Below, in pieces: positions 39,824 to 49,106 of a stretch of 64,000 nucleotides of DNA. Origin of the DNA: Prevotella sp. (GTDB taxonomy: Bacteria; Bacteroidota; Bacteroidia; Bacteroidales; Dysgonomonadaceae); NCBI GenBank assembly GCA_031285625.1, contig JAITVV010000081.1, positions 64,001 through 128,000 on the forward strand, written 5' to 3'. Both the position numbers and the translations under genes were made by a program. A model generated the notes under the pieces. That model saw only the letters and a program-made list of their open reading frames with translations, was not told the origin of the DNA and made no database searches. Positions within the stretch are counted from its first letter, which is position 1. The number at the start of each line of letters is the position of its first letter.

Positions 39824-41632
39824 ATGATTGAAGAATATTTGATTAATATCATTCGTAACATTCCTGACAAACCAGGATGTTATCAATACTATGATGATAA
39901 AGGAATAATAATATATGTAGGAAAAGCAAAAAATCTAAAGAAAAGAGTGTCATCCTATTTTACAAAGAAACACGAAGATAGTCCAAAAACCAGGATTCTT
40001 GTTAGTAAAATAAGGGATATAAAATACATTATAGTAAATACAGAAGCAGATACTCTTTTATTAGAAAATAATCTTATCAAAGAATTTCAGCCCAGATATA
40101 ATGTAATGCTGAAAGATGATAAGTCTTATCCTTCTATTGTTATCAGAAATGAATATTATCCAAGAGTTGAACTCACAAGAAAAATAATGAAGGATGGTTC
40201 ACAATATTATGGGCCATATTCAAATGTGCTGAGTGTAAAAACATTATTAGAGTTAGTACATAAACTCTATCCTATCCGTACTTGCTCCTTAAACTTAACA
40301 CCCGAAAAAATAGTAGAAGGCAAATATAAAGTCTGCCTTGAATATCATATTAAAAGATGTCTTGGGCCATGCGTAGGCCTACAATCATCAGATGATTACA
40401 TCAAGAATGTAAATGCTATCCAAGAAATTTTGAAGGGTAACACCAACCTGGTAAGTGATGGCATATACACAAAAATGATAGAAGCTGCCGAAAGGCAAGA
40501 ATTTGAAGAAGCAAACCGCTTAAAAGAAAAATATTTACTAATAGAGAACTTCAAAAATAAATCTACAGTAGTTAGCACTATAAAATATAACATCGATATT
40601 TATAGTTATGACGAAGATGAGAATGCAGGATATATAAATTATTTAAATGTACACAATGGTGCTATTATTCAGGCATATACATTCGAGTATAGAAAAAAGA
40701 TGGAAGAGGCCAAGGAAGAACTACTTGCCTTGGGTATTATTGAAGTAAGGGAAAGATTTGGATCTAAGGCAAAGGAAATAGTAGTTCCATTTTTACCAGA
40801 ATTGACATTAGACGGAGTTGAATTTGTAATACCTCAACGCGGAGATAAGAAAAAATTATTGCATCTTTCAATACAAAATGTAAGACAATACAAATTAGAC
40901 AAATTAAAAAAAGCGGAAAGCCTCAATCCGGAACAGCGAAGCGTCCGCATATTAAAAGATATACAAAAAGATTTAAGCCTCAAAGAGTTACCAACACACA
41001 TAGAATGTTTTGACAACTCGAATATACAAGGAACAAATCCTGTTTCTGCGTGTGTAGTTTTTAAAATGGGAAAACCATCCAAAAAAGATTATCGCCATTT
41101 TAATGTAAAAACAGTTATTGGCCCAGATGACTTTTCTACAATGAGAGAAGTTGTCTACCGGCGTTATCACAGACTAATGGAGGAAGAATCCCCCCTACCC
41201 CAACTGATAGTAATTGATGGTGGTAAAGGTCAGCTTAGTGCAGCCTGTGAGTCCTTAAAAGCACTTGGTCTGTATGGAAAAATTGCTATTGTGGGTATAG
41301 CAAAACGTCTCGAAGAAATTTATTACCCCGAAGATTCAATTCCTCTTTATCTGGATAAGAACAGTGAATCCTTGAAAGTATTGCAACATCTTAGAGATGA
41401 AGCACATAGATTTGGTATTACATTTCATAGAAATCAACGGAGTAAACATCAGATCAAATCAGAGCTGGACAATATTAAAGGTATTGGTGACGAAACAAAA
41501 CGCTTACTATTGAAAGAATTTAGAAGTGTGAAAAGAATAAAACTGGCATCAGATAAAGAAGTTGAAAAAATTGTAGGCAAGCACAAAACTATGTTGATCA
41601 GAAAATATTTTGCTGAAAAAGAGAATAGATAG
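39824..41632 (+). CDS. uvrC: Excinuclease ABC subunit C (start uncertain: 39794 or 39824)
   Basis: GIY-YIG (PGCYQY..IYVGKAKNL), IECFDNSN, IDGGKGQ, RDEAHRFG and HhH motifs. Confidence 0.96.
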   Translation: MIEEYLINIIRNIPDKPGCYQYYDDKGIIIYVGKAKNLKKRVSSYFTKKHEDSPKTRILVSKIRDIKYIIVNTEADTLLLENNLIKEFQPRYNVMLKDDKSYPSIVIRNEYYPRVELTRKIMKDGSQYYGPYSNVLSVKTLLELVHKLYPIRTCSLNLTPEKIVEGKYKVCLEYHIKRCLGPCVGLQSSDDYIKNVNAIQEILKGNTNLVSDGIYTKMIEAAERQEFEEANRLKEKYLLIENFKNKSTVVSTIKYNIDIYSYDEDENAGYINYLNVHNGAIIQAYTFEYRKKMEEAKEELLALGIIEVRERFGSKAKEIVVPFLPELTLDGVEFVIPQRGDKKKLLHLSIQNVRQYKLDKLKKAESLNPEQRSVRILKDIQKDLSLKELPTHIECFDNSNIQGTNPVSACVVFKMGKPSKKDYRHFNVKTVIGPDDFSTMREVVYRRYHRLMEEESPLPQLIVIDGGKGQLSAACESLKALGLYGKIAIVGIAKRLEEIYYPEDSIPLYLDKNSESLKVLQHLRDEAHRFGITFHRNQRSKHQIKSELDNIKGIGDETKRLLLKEFRSVKRIKLASDKEVEKIVGKHKTMLIRKYFAEKENR

Positions 41633-41739
41633 ATTTAAAAAAATGTGAAAGTTTATAAATATTTGTATACTATAATAATAAGATATAAAACAAAGGGTTA
41701 GTCGGATTGTTATATTAACATAATCAAACTAGCACGGTT

Positions 41740-42321
41740 ATGAAAAATGATTTATTCTATTCAGTAAAGCAAGCAGTGAAATACTGGTGGGTTTCACTAT
41801 TATTAGGCCTATTAGCTATTGGCCTGGGTATATGGTGTTTAGCATCACCATGGGCAACAATTACTGCACTAGCAATAGTCTTTGCTATTAGTTTCCTGGT
41901 AAGTGGAGTCTTCGAAATTATTTTTGCATTCTCTAATAAGAATACTTTAAAATGATGGGGATGGACGCTTACAAGCGGAATAATCGACTTACTCTTTGGT
42001 ATTATGTTAATATCTATGTCACCTGCAGTCATTGCAATTGTATTATCATACTTTATTGGCTTCTGGTTAATGTTTCAATCTATTTGGGGTATCGGTAGTG
42101 CAGCAGAACTACAAAGAAACGGAATCAGAGGTTGGGGATGGCTAATGGCACTAGCTATATTAGGAGTATTAATGTCATTCTTATTTATTATGAGCCCGGC
42201 TCTTACAACCGGCTTTATCGTTTCCCTTGTAAGTATTTCATTTGTAGCCTATGGAATATTCAGAATCTATCTGGGAGTGAAATTAAGATCGCTTCATAAA
42301 GAAATGGAAGAAATAGATTGA
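41740..42321 (+). pseudogene. HdeD/DUF308 family membrane protein interrupted by an in-frame TGA (41953-41955)
   Basis: ORFs 41740 and 42004 share a frame; readthrough gives ...NTLK*WGWTLTSGIIDLLFG..., paralleling the second repeat RGWGW. Confidence 0.82.
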
Positions 42322-42367
42322 TATTTAAATAATTAATTTACAGATTATCTGCAAATTAATTAATAAA

Positions 42368-42401
42368 AAAGACGCTGGGCTAAGATTAGTTCAGCGTCTT
42401 T
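42368..42401 (+). terminator. Intrinsic terminator
   Basis: AAAGACGCTGGGCTAA-GA-TTAGTTCAGCGTCTTT. Confidence 0.7.
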
Positions 42402-42519
42402 CAGTAAATTCAGTTAACATATTTTAATATTATTATTTTTAAATAAGAGAAAACATATGGTCTACTAGCATTTTTATATTAAGTTTAACAAAATATTACT
42501 AATACAAATTTTATAGGCT

Positions 42520-43623
42520 ATGAAAACAAAACTTTATCTATTCCTAGTAGTATGCATGTGCGCATTTATATCATGTAGCAGTGACAATGATTCCACCCCA
42601 GTTACTCCAGATCCGGATGAAATGATAGAAGTATCTTTTAATATAAAAGACTATTTCACTTCGGAAGTTATTGACAAAAATACTAAAAGTACTTTACAAG
42701 AAGCAGATATTAAAGTAGTACAATACAGAGTATTGGAAGTAACAGAAGGCAAACCAATGTCTGAAAGAACCTTCAAAACAAAAAATTATGAAGTTACTAG
42801 TGGAGATCTAACAATTACAGACAAACTTCCGGCTGGTAATTACTGGATTTTCTTTATTGGCTGTACGACCGATATGCCTCTACCAGACGCAAATCTTGCA
42901 ACTGATGGAGACGAGTATTTCAATAAACTGTTAATGGTTTATCTTCCAGATTATAAGTCTCAGATATTTTCTAATTCTTTGCGTTTAAGTTTAAGTACAT
43001 CTATTGAAAAAGTAGAAGAAAGTGTCACTTTGCAGAGAAATGTAGGTAAAATAGAAGTTGTAATAGAAGATGCCCAAAATATGCCTGAAGAAGTAAAATA
43101 TCTATATCCTGTCGTAAAAAACTTCTACCCTAATATTTATCGTTTCGCTAATTACAACTCCGCCGAACCTTTAGGATATCAGTCATGGGGTACATTATAC
43201 GGAGCTCATCTTAGCGGTCAAAACCTAGCCCATGTAGTTCAAAAACCAACAGGTTTTGAAGTAGGGAATGTACCAAGAAGCGAAGTAATTCAAAATCCTC
43301 AGTACACAATGACACTCTATATGTTGCATAACGTAGACGGTGCTATTTTTAACGGACAAGATTATGCTTTAGCCGGATTTGCATATACCGAATTGTACAT
43401 ATACGGAACTGAACAAAAAGTAACTACAAGTCCTATGGGCGATTCTACTTTCCCTTATTTGTTCGAATACAAAGTAGTACCTACTGGAATAAATGTTGAA
43501 AGGAATAAGATCACCCGCCTGACCGGTAAATTATTTGAGAAAGTCACAGGTGGCGACAATGGCCGCTTCAATATATCGGTTAACAATGTATGGGATGGCA
43601 ACGTAAGTAATCCATATAAATAA
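42520..43623 (+). CDS. FimB/Mfa2-like type V pilin lipoprotein
   Basis: Lipobox FISCSSD, LPAGNY.IFFIG, VTLQRNVGKIEV, VERNKITRLTG, and C-terminal ISVNNVW strand. Confidence 0.7.
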   Translation: MKTKLYLFLVVCMCAFISCSSDNDSTPVTPDPDEMIEVSFNIKDYFTSEVIDKNTKSTLQEADIKVVQYRVLEVTEGKPMSERTFKTKNYEVTSGDLTITDKLPAGNYWIFFIGCTTDMPLPDANLATDGDEYFNKLLMVYLPDYKSQIFSNSLRLSLSTSIEKVEESVTLQRNVGKIEVVIEDAQNMPEEVKYLYPVVKNFYPNIYRFANYNSAEPLGYQSWGTLYGAHLSGQNLAHVVQKPTGFEVGNVPRSEVIQNPQYTMTLYMLHNVDGAIFNGQDYALAGFAYTELYIYGTEQKVTTSPMGDSTFPYLFEYKVVPTGINVERNKITRLTGKLFEKVTGGDNGRFNISVNNVWDGNVSNPYK

Positions 43624-43642
43624 ATTATCTTAATATAATCAG

Positions 43643-43673
43643 TAAAGGAGTTGTCCAATAGGCAACTCCTTTA
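43643..43673 (+). terminator. Intrinsic terminator
   Basis: TAAAGGAGTTGTC-CAATA-GGCAACTCCTTTA followed by a T-run. Confidence 0.75.
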
Positions 43674-43728
43674 TTCTTTTTTCCCAGGTCTATATTAAAC
43701 TTTGAGAAAACCTCCTTACTTTTGTAAT

Positions 43729-44181
43729 ATGAGAATATTAATACAAAGAGTCAGCAAAGCATCAGTAACAATAGATAACAATCTAAAATCAAATATAGCC
43801 AACGGGCTTTTAGTTTTGTTAGGCATAGAAAATAATGATAACCAGGAAGATATAGAATGGCTATGCAATAAACTCATTAATCTACGCATCTTTGACGACA
43901 AAGATGGAGTAATGAACCTTTCGGCTATGGATATCAATGCAGAAATACTCATCGTCTCTCAATTTACATTACATGCATCCACAAAAAAAGGAAATCGTCC
44001 TTCATATATCTATGCGGCAAAACCGGAAATAGCAATTCCATTATATAACGAATTCTGTAAAACTGTGGAGAAAAAGCTAGGTAAACCAGTTCAAACAGGT
44101 GAATTTGGAGCAGATATGCAAGTTGAACTAATAAACGATGGGCCTGTTACAATATGGATAGATTCTAAAGTAAAAGAATAA
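43729..44181 (+). CDS. dtd: D-aminoacyl-tRNA deacylase
   Basis: MRILIQRV, SQFTL, KGNRPS, GEFGADM and NDGPVT motifs. Confidence 0.96.
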   Translation: MRILIQRVSKASVTIDNNLKSNIANGLLVLLGIENNDNQEDIEWLCNKLINLRIFDDKDGVMNLSAMDINAEILIVSQFTLHASTKKGNRPSYIYAAKPEIAIPLYNEFCKTVEKKLGKPVQTGEFGADMQVELINDGPVTIWIDSKVKE

Positions 44182-44185
44182 TATT

Positions 44186-44512
44186 ATGACTATACAAGAA
44201 GCTCAACAAGAGGTAGATAATTGGATAAAGACCATAGGTGTCCGCTACTTCAGCGAACTGACAAATATGGCTATCCTTACCGAAGAAGTAGGAGAACTGG
44301 CACGTATTATGGCTCGTACATATGGTGACCAATCATTCAAGAAAAGCGATCTGGACAAAAACCTGGGAGATGAAATGGCTGATGTATTGTGGGTATTAAT
44401 CTGCCTGGCAAATCAAACAGGAATCGATCTTACAGAAGCATTCAGAAAGAACATCGAGAAGAAGACCAACAGAGATAAAAACAGACATATAAACAACGAA
44501 AAACTGAAATAA
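44186..44512 (+). CDS. MazG-like nucleotide pyrophosphohydrolase (YpjD-like)
   Basis: LTEEVGELAR and DEMADVLWV motifs. Confidence 0.92.
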   Translation: MTIQEAQQEVDNWIKTIGVRYFSELTNMAILTEEVGELARIMARTYGDQSFKKSDLDKNLGDEMADVLWVLICLANQTGIDLTEAFRKNIEKKTNRDKNRHINNEKLK

Positions 44513-44513
44513 G

Positions 44514-45257
44514 ATGGCAGAAACAGATAAATACAGAGATACACTGAAAAAGTATAAAACCAACATAAAGGATGCAGATATTAGTGAGAAAGTAAATGAG
44601 ATAATCAGTAAAAAATTTGTACAGAATAATAATAAAGAAGTATATAAAAGAATATATTCCTGTATAGACCTTACATCCCTCAACCCGACAGATACACGCG
44701 AAGACATCTGGAAATTAACAGAAAAAGTGAATGATTTTGACGGATCAAGCGATATAGCAAATGTAGCTGCTATCTGTGTATATCCAAACTTTGTGGAAAC
44801 AGTCAAAGAGGCTCTTACAGCAGATGTAAATATAGCTGCTGTATCAGGAGGCTTTCCATCGTCTCAAACATTTACTGAGGTAAAAATTGCAGAAACGGCC
44901 CTTGCAATAGCCAGCGGCGCAGATGAAATAGATATTGTACTCAATCTGGGATTCTTCCTCGATGAAAATTATGAAGAGCTAAGTGAAGAAATAGACGAAA
45001 TAAAGCACGCCTGCCGGGATGCAAAATTGAAAGTAATACTGGAAACAGGTGCACTAAAGACAGCATCCAATATTATGAAGGCATCTATACTCGCTTTATA
45101 CTCGGGTGCAGACTTCTTAAAAACATCAACAGGCAAAGGCTACGAAGGAGCATCATTAGAAGCTGCCTACATTATGTGTACTGCAATTAAAGAATACACC
45201 GCTAAAACAGGCCGTAAAGTAGGTAGCCACTTCCGGAGACAAACTGCTGCAAGATGA
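44514..45257 (+). pseudogene. deoC: Deoxyribose-phosphate aldolase, 3'-truncated at about 45223
   Basis: IDLTSL, GADEIDIV, LKVILETG and DFLKTSTGK present; similarity stops at GRKVG and the expected xKxAGG segment is missing. Confidence 0.88.
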
Positions 45258-45705
45258 AGCAATAGCAACTCTGAAAAATGAACTAATACCATATGCGCGT
45301 ATCATTACACCTAATATACCCGAGGCTGAAATCCTACTAGGAGCAAAGATTACCAGACAGGCAGACCTTCCAAATGTTATAAAAGACTTATCATGCAACC
45401 GGAAAGTTTCCGTGTTGTTAAAAGCAGGCCATTTATCAGAAGAGGAACTTACCGATGTATTCTACAATGCCGAAACAGACGAAATACTACAATTCAGGTC
45501 AAATCGTATACATACCAAGAATACCCACGGCACAGGCTGTACTTTCTCATCAGCAATAGCTGCTTTTCTGGCGCATAACCTGCCTCTGAATGAAGCTGTA
45601 GCAAAAGCAAAAGAATACATGGAGAAATCAATAGCCGCAGGTGCAGCCTATGAAATAGGAAAGGGCCATGGCCCTGTACATCATTTCTTTAACTTCTGGG
45701 AATAA
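45223..45705 (+). pseudogene. thiD: Hydroxymethylpyrimidine/phosphomethylpyrimidine kinase, C-terminal 160 aa only
   Basis: Open frame VATSGDKLL...ITPNIPEAEILLG...VLLKAGHL...NTHGTGCTFSSAIAA...GKGHGPVHHF; no start codon or N-terminus. Confidence 0.88.
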
Positions 45706-45706
45706 A

Positions 45707-45736
45707 AAAGATCGGTACATTCATGTACCGATCTTT
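45707..45736. terminator. Bidirectional intrinsic terminator
   Basis: AAAGATCGGTACAT-TC-ATGTACCGATCTTT. Confidence 0.8.
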
Positions 45737-45767
45737 CCATATTAGTATATAACTAATAATCAACCTA

Positions 45768-46004
45768 TTAGTTTATTTTATTGCTTGTATCAGAATTTGC
45801 TTTCTTCATTTGAGATTTGCCAAGCTTTCTTGTGTTCTTACTCTCTTTAGTTTTTTTCGTCTTCTGATCATCAGCTTTAGCCTCTTTTTTCACCTCAGTC
45901 TTTGTTTCTTTCTTCGTTTTAGAAGGAGTTACATCCTGAGCCATAACAGCGGTAGATGCCATTAATGCTACAACCATGATACCTGATAGAATAATCTTTT
46001 TCAT
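45768..46004 (-). CDS. Small secreted Lys/Thr-rich protein
   Basis: MKKIILSGIMVVALMASTAVMA-QD signal peptide; low-complexity basic mature part. Confidence 0.75.
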   Translation of the reverse strand: MKKIILSGIMVVALMASTAVMAQDVTPSKTKKETKTEVKKEAKADDQKTKKTKESKNTRKLGKSQMKKANSDTSNKIN

Positions 46005-46159
46005 AAAATATATAATCAATTAAAATATGTGTAAATCTAATTATTGCAAATGTATATCCGATTCTGATATATACGAGTTAATACTCAGTTAAAAAATCAG
46101 TTATATCTCTAAGTTTACTAAAGAGCCTACTATACTTGAACGTTTTATAAAACAGAATA

Positions 46160-46711
46160 TTATATAGTAGCTTCCACTTTTTCTAGAAATGCCTGTCTAT
46201 CTTCATCCGAACCTTTTGAGGTTCCTACACAACTTAACCAGACAGCGTTGCGGATACCTACAGGATTAAGCATGTCCCCAATGAATCCGTTTTCTATATT
46301 ATGCTTAAAATTAGGGCTTGGATGCTCGGATGTAGTGATCACAAAAGCCTTATCTATCTTCAATAATGGATTAAATCCCCCTTCGTAATTAAAGGCAAAA
46401 TCTTTAAGCAGAACTTTATCGAAGAAACCCTTTAATATACCGGGCATTGTATTCCACCAGTTAGGAAAGATGAATATTATCTCATCAGACTTACCAATAA
46501 CCTCCTGGTATCCCAGAATAAGCGGATCAAGCGCTTTTCCCTGATTATACACCGACAGTTCCTCTTCTGAAAACACGGGATTGAACTTATCTTTATGCAA
46601 GTCTATTACCACATAAGGTTTATTTTCCTTATCATATTTAGCTGTGATAGTATCCTGAATTGCCTTGTTAAAACTACCGTGCCACGGATGGGCAAAAACG
46701 ATTGTTACCAT
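46160..46711 (-). CDS. Flavodoxin-fold NAD(P)H-dependent oxidoreductase
   Basis: AHPWHGSFN and FPNWWNTMPGILKGFFDKV motifs. Confidence 0.9.
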   Translation of the reverse strand: MVTIVFAHPWHGSFNKAIQDTITAKYDKENKPYVVIDLHKDKFNPVFSEEELSVYNQGKALDPLILGYQEVIGKSDEIIFIFPNWWNTMPGILKGFFDKVLLKDFAFNYEGGFNPLLKIDKAFVITTSEHPSPNFKHNIENGFIGDMLNPVGIRNAVWLSCVGTSKGSDEDRQAFLEKVEATI

Positions 46712-46729
46712 ATTGTCTCTGATTTTACT

Positions 46730-47509
46730 TTATCCTGCTACATTTACCTTAATGCCTAAATCTTTAACCCTCTCCCCTATCCTCTTCAAATCCTCAACAG
46801 AGACCTTTTCGAGGTTTTTTTCGGGAGTTTCCCTGTCGATAGTATAAATCATTACTTCACGGGGATTTGTGTCTCTGACGGCTTCTAACCATGCTGAAAC
46901 TTCTTCTTCCGTTGTGTTATCCACTATCTTCCCATTATGACTGCCTCTCACAAACATTGTTTGCATAATAAAATCACCATCAAACCGCTTAAATAAAGCT
47001 ATTTGCTTTTCTATACTATATTCCGGCGAATTAGGACGGTCTATCAGGCGGACAGTGTCGATAATAGCCGAGTCGAGCTTAAGAATATTATTATCAACTT
47101 TTTTTAAAGCATTAAATACTTTTTCTTTTCCGGCATGCATAGCATTAGATAGTACACTTATCTTAGCATCAGGATAATACTTATCCCTTAATTCAATCGT
47201 GTCATCTATTATTTCAGCAAACTGAGGATGCAATGTAGGTTCTCCATTTCCGGCAAAAGTAATGACATCGATTGGTGTATTCTCTTTCTGTAGCTGCAAT
47301 AATTTATCCTCCAGCGCAGCCTTCACATTCTCTCTGGTGGGGAGTTTTGTTTTCGTCCTGAAATTTTCATTATACCCGCATTCACAATAAATGCAGTCGA
47401 ATGAACACAACTTACCGTCATACGGAAGCAAGTTCATGCCTAAAGATGATCCTAAACGACGGCTGTGAATAGGGCCAAAAACGATTTCGTGAAACAGTAT
47501 AGTCGACAT
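46730..47509 (-). CDS. Radical SAM protein
   Basis: GPIHSRRLGSSLG, CSFDCIYCECG and GNGEPTLHP motifs. Confidence 0.92.
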   Translation of the reverse strand: MSTILFHEIVFGPIHSRRLGSSLGMNLLPYDGKLCSFDCIYCECGYNENFRTKTKLPTRENVKAALEDKLLQLQKENTPIDVITFAGNGEPTLHPQFAEIIDDTIELRDKYYPDAKISVLSNAMHAGKEKVFNALKKVDNNILKLDSAIIDTVRLIDRPNSPEYSIEKQIALFKRFDGDFIMQTMFVRGSHNGKIVDNTTEEEVSAWLEAVRDTNPREVMIYTIDRETPEKNLEKVSVEDLKRIGERVKDLGIKVNVAG

Positions 47510-47517
47510 ATGTTATT

Positions 47518-48075
47518 TTAAAATTTTTGTAAACTTTTTCCTTTTTGCATAGCTTTCAAAACATTTTTGCGTACAGTGTGTATCGCAGGAGTCAGATCTC
47601 CTTCCATTATTTCCAAGGTAGCTTTCAGTTCCCTTGTCAATTCAGGAATAGTACGACAAAGTTCGTAAGCAATTTTCATACATAAAGATTGTACTCCCGG
47701 CAGCTCTTTAGCTGATAGCATCCGCTCTAAACAAAAGTCAAGGAAATCAACTCTCGGCGGATTACTCAGGGGCTGTTTAAATAGCAGATTAAGCATAACC
47801 CTTCGTCTTCCTCCATGCTCACAGACTAACACCTCATCTATCAATTCATCCTGCTTATTGTACAACCATTTATTATCTTGTGGAGAAAAATGAGAAAGAA
47901 TCCAGGCCGCATGATACCCCAAATAGTTATCATTATTAATCGCCAGATCATATAATTCCTGTTTTCTGCTATCATTTAAATGAATCAGAGGAAGTATTTC
48001 ATTAATATCATTCGCGGCAAAACTTACTGCCGACAGCTTCTCTTCTAAATCTATAAGATCGCAAAGTTTCTCCAT
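47518..48075 (-). CDS. Hypothetical helical-repeat-like protein (start uncertain)
   Basis: AAWILSH and LCMKIAYELC segments; the upstream ORF extension overlaps the next gene and is probably non-coding. Confidence 0.65.
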   Translation of the reverse strand: MEKLCDLIDLEEKLSAVSFAANDINEILPLIHLNDSRKQELYDLAINNDNYLGYHAAWILSHFSPQDNKWLYNKQDELIDEVLVCEHGGRRRVMLNLLFKQPLSNPPRVDFLDFCLERMLSAKELPGVQSLCMKIAYELCRTIPELTRELKATLEIMEGDLTPAIHTVRKNVLKAMQKGKSLQKF

Positions 48076-48133
48076 TTCAATTAACAAAGTTACAGGCTTT
48101 TCAAATATTAGCCTCAAATATTCACTTAATTCT

Positions 48134-48790
48134 TTATAAACTATCAGCTTTATCCGAGTCACCGATTCTGGTATATATTCTTCCTTTCCACCACATGGGT
48201 TCTTCAGTATTATCCGGATCATCGAACATGAAATCAAACTCAGCTTTCAGAATGCCTTTTTTCCACATTCTGCTATCTATGCTGATCGTTCCGCTTTTAT
48301 AGCTGAAATATTGTAAACCGGAGGGCGAAACACTATTCAGTTCAATCTGTGGAATACATTCGTTATTAATTATAGATAGCTGCAAACTGGAATGAGTCGC
48401 CACATTACACAACGTGTAGCATCTCACAGTATCCCCCACCCTGTATGCAATAGCAAAATCCGTACCAGCCCACTCATAACATTGAGCCTGGCTAGATATA
48501 GAATGATAAAAATGAGTGGTATCCACAAGTTGATAATAACGGCTTAAAGAATCTTTCAGAATTCTGCCATTCATATCCCGCATATCATCTAACGCTTCAT
48601 CACACAGTCCGTCACAAACCAATTGTCCAAACTGATTTAAGAATATGTTCTCGCCATAGCTCCATTTCTGAGTGAAGGAAAAATCTCCTTGAAGATCGTC
48701 AACCCATTGAATTCTAACATTTTCGTTTCTTGTTCCACATGAAACAAAAAGAGTAAGGAGAAACAGTGTCAAGGTCGTTGTAGTTTTCAT
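48134..48790 (-). CDS. Hypothetical lipoprotein
   Basis: MKTTTTLTLFLLTLFVSC lipobox; several Cys. Confidence 0.75.
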   Translation of the reverse strand: MKTTTTLTLFLLTLFVSCGTRNENVRIQWVDDLQGDFSFTQKWSYGENIFLNQFGQLVCDGLCDEALDDMRDMNGRILKDSLSRYYQLVDTTHFYHSISSQAQCYEWAGTDFAIAYRVGDTVRCYTLCNVATHSSLQLSIINNECIPQIELNSVSPSGLQYFSYKSGTISIDSRMWKKGILKAEFDFMFDDPDNTEEPMWWKGRIYTRIGDSDKADSL

Positions 48791-48867
48791 ATTATAAGAA
48801 TAAAAAAGTAACACAATCCACAAGTTTGTAACTTTTATAAATATTTAATTTTCAAATAATTGTATCA

Positions 48868-48920
48868 AAAAGGTGACAAAAGTAACAGTTTTATATATGT
48901 TTTAGTAATGTAACCTTTTT
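48868..48920. repeat. Dispersed DR-DR-spacer-IR element, copy 4
   Basis: AAAAGGTGACAAAAGTAACA-N21-TGTAACCTTTT. Confidence 0.75.
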
Positions 48921-49106
48921 ACAGTCTGATCGCTTTATATAGATAAATATTCACATTTATCTTGGAATGCAAAGATACTCAGAATAGCTCTTTAAAAACG
49001 AATTTACTATGTTGAATACTTATATTTGATCTTTATTAAAGATAGCAAATTTGGAAAAGTAATTCCATAATACGATACATATTTTTGTAATGAAATAGTG
49101 ATAGAC

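Noticed and set aside
41953-41955. Selenocysteine or Trp recoding of TGA
   Set aside because: The position corresponds to Gly in a membrane protein, and TGA is used as a stop elsewhere
42325-42365. AT-rich palindrome TAATTAATTTACAGAT-T-ATCTGCAAATTAATTA
   Set aside because: Single low-complexity instance next to a terminator; function cannot be supported
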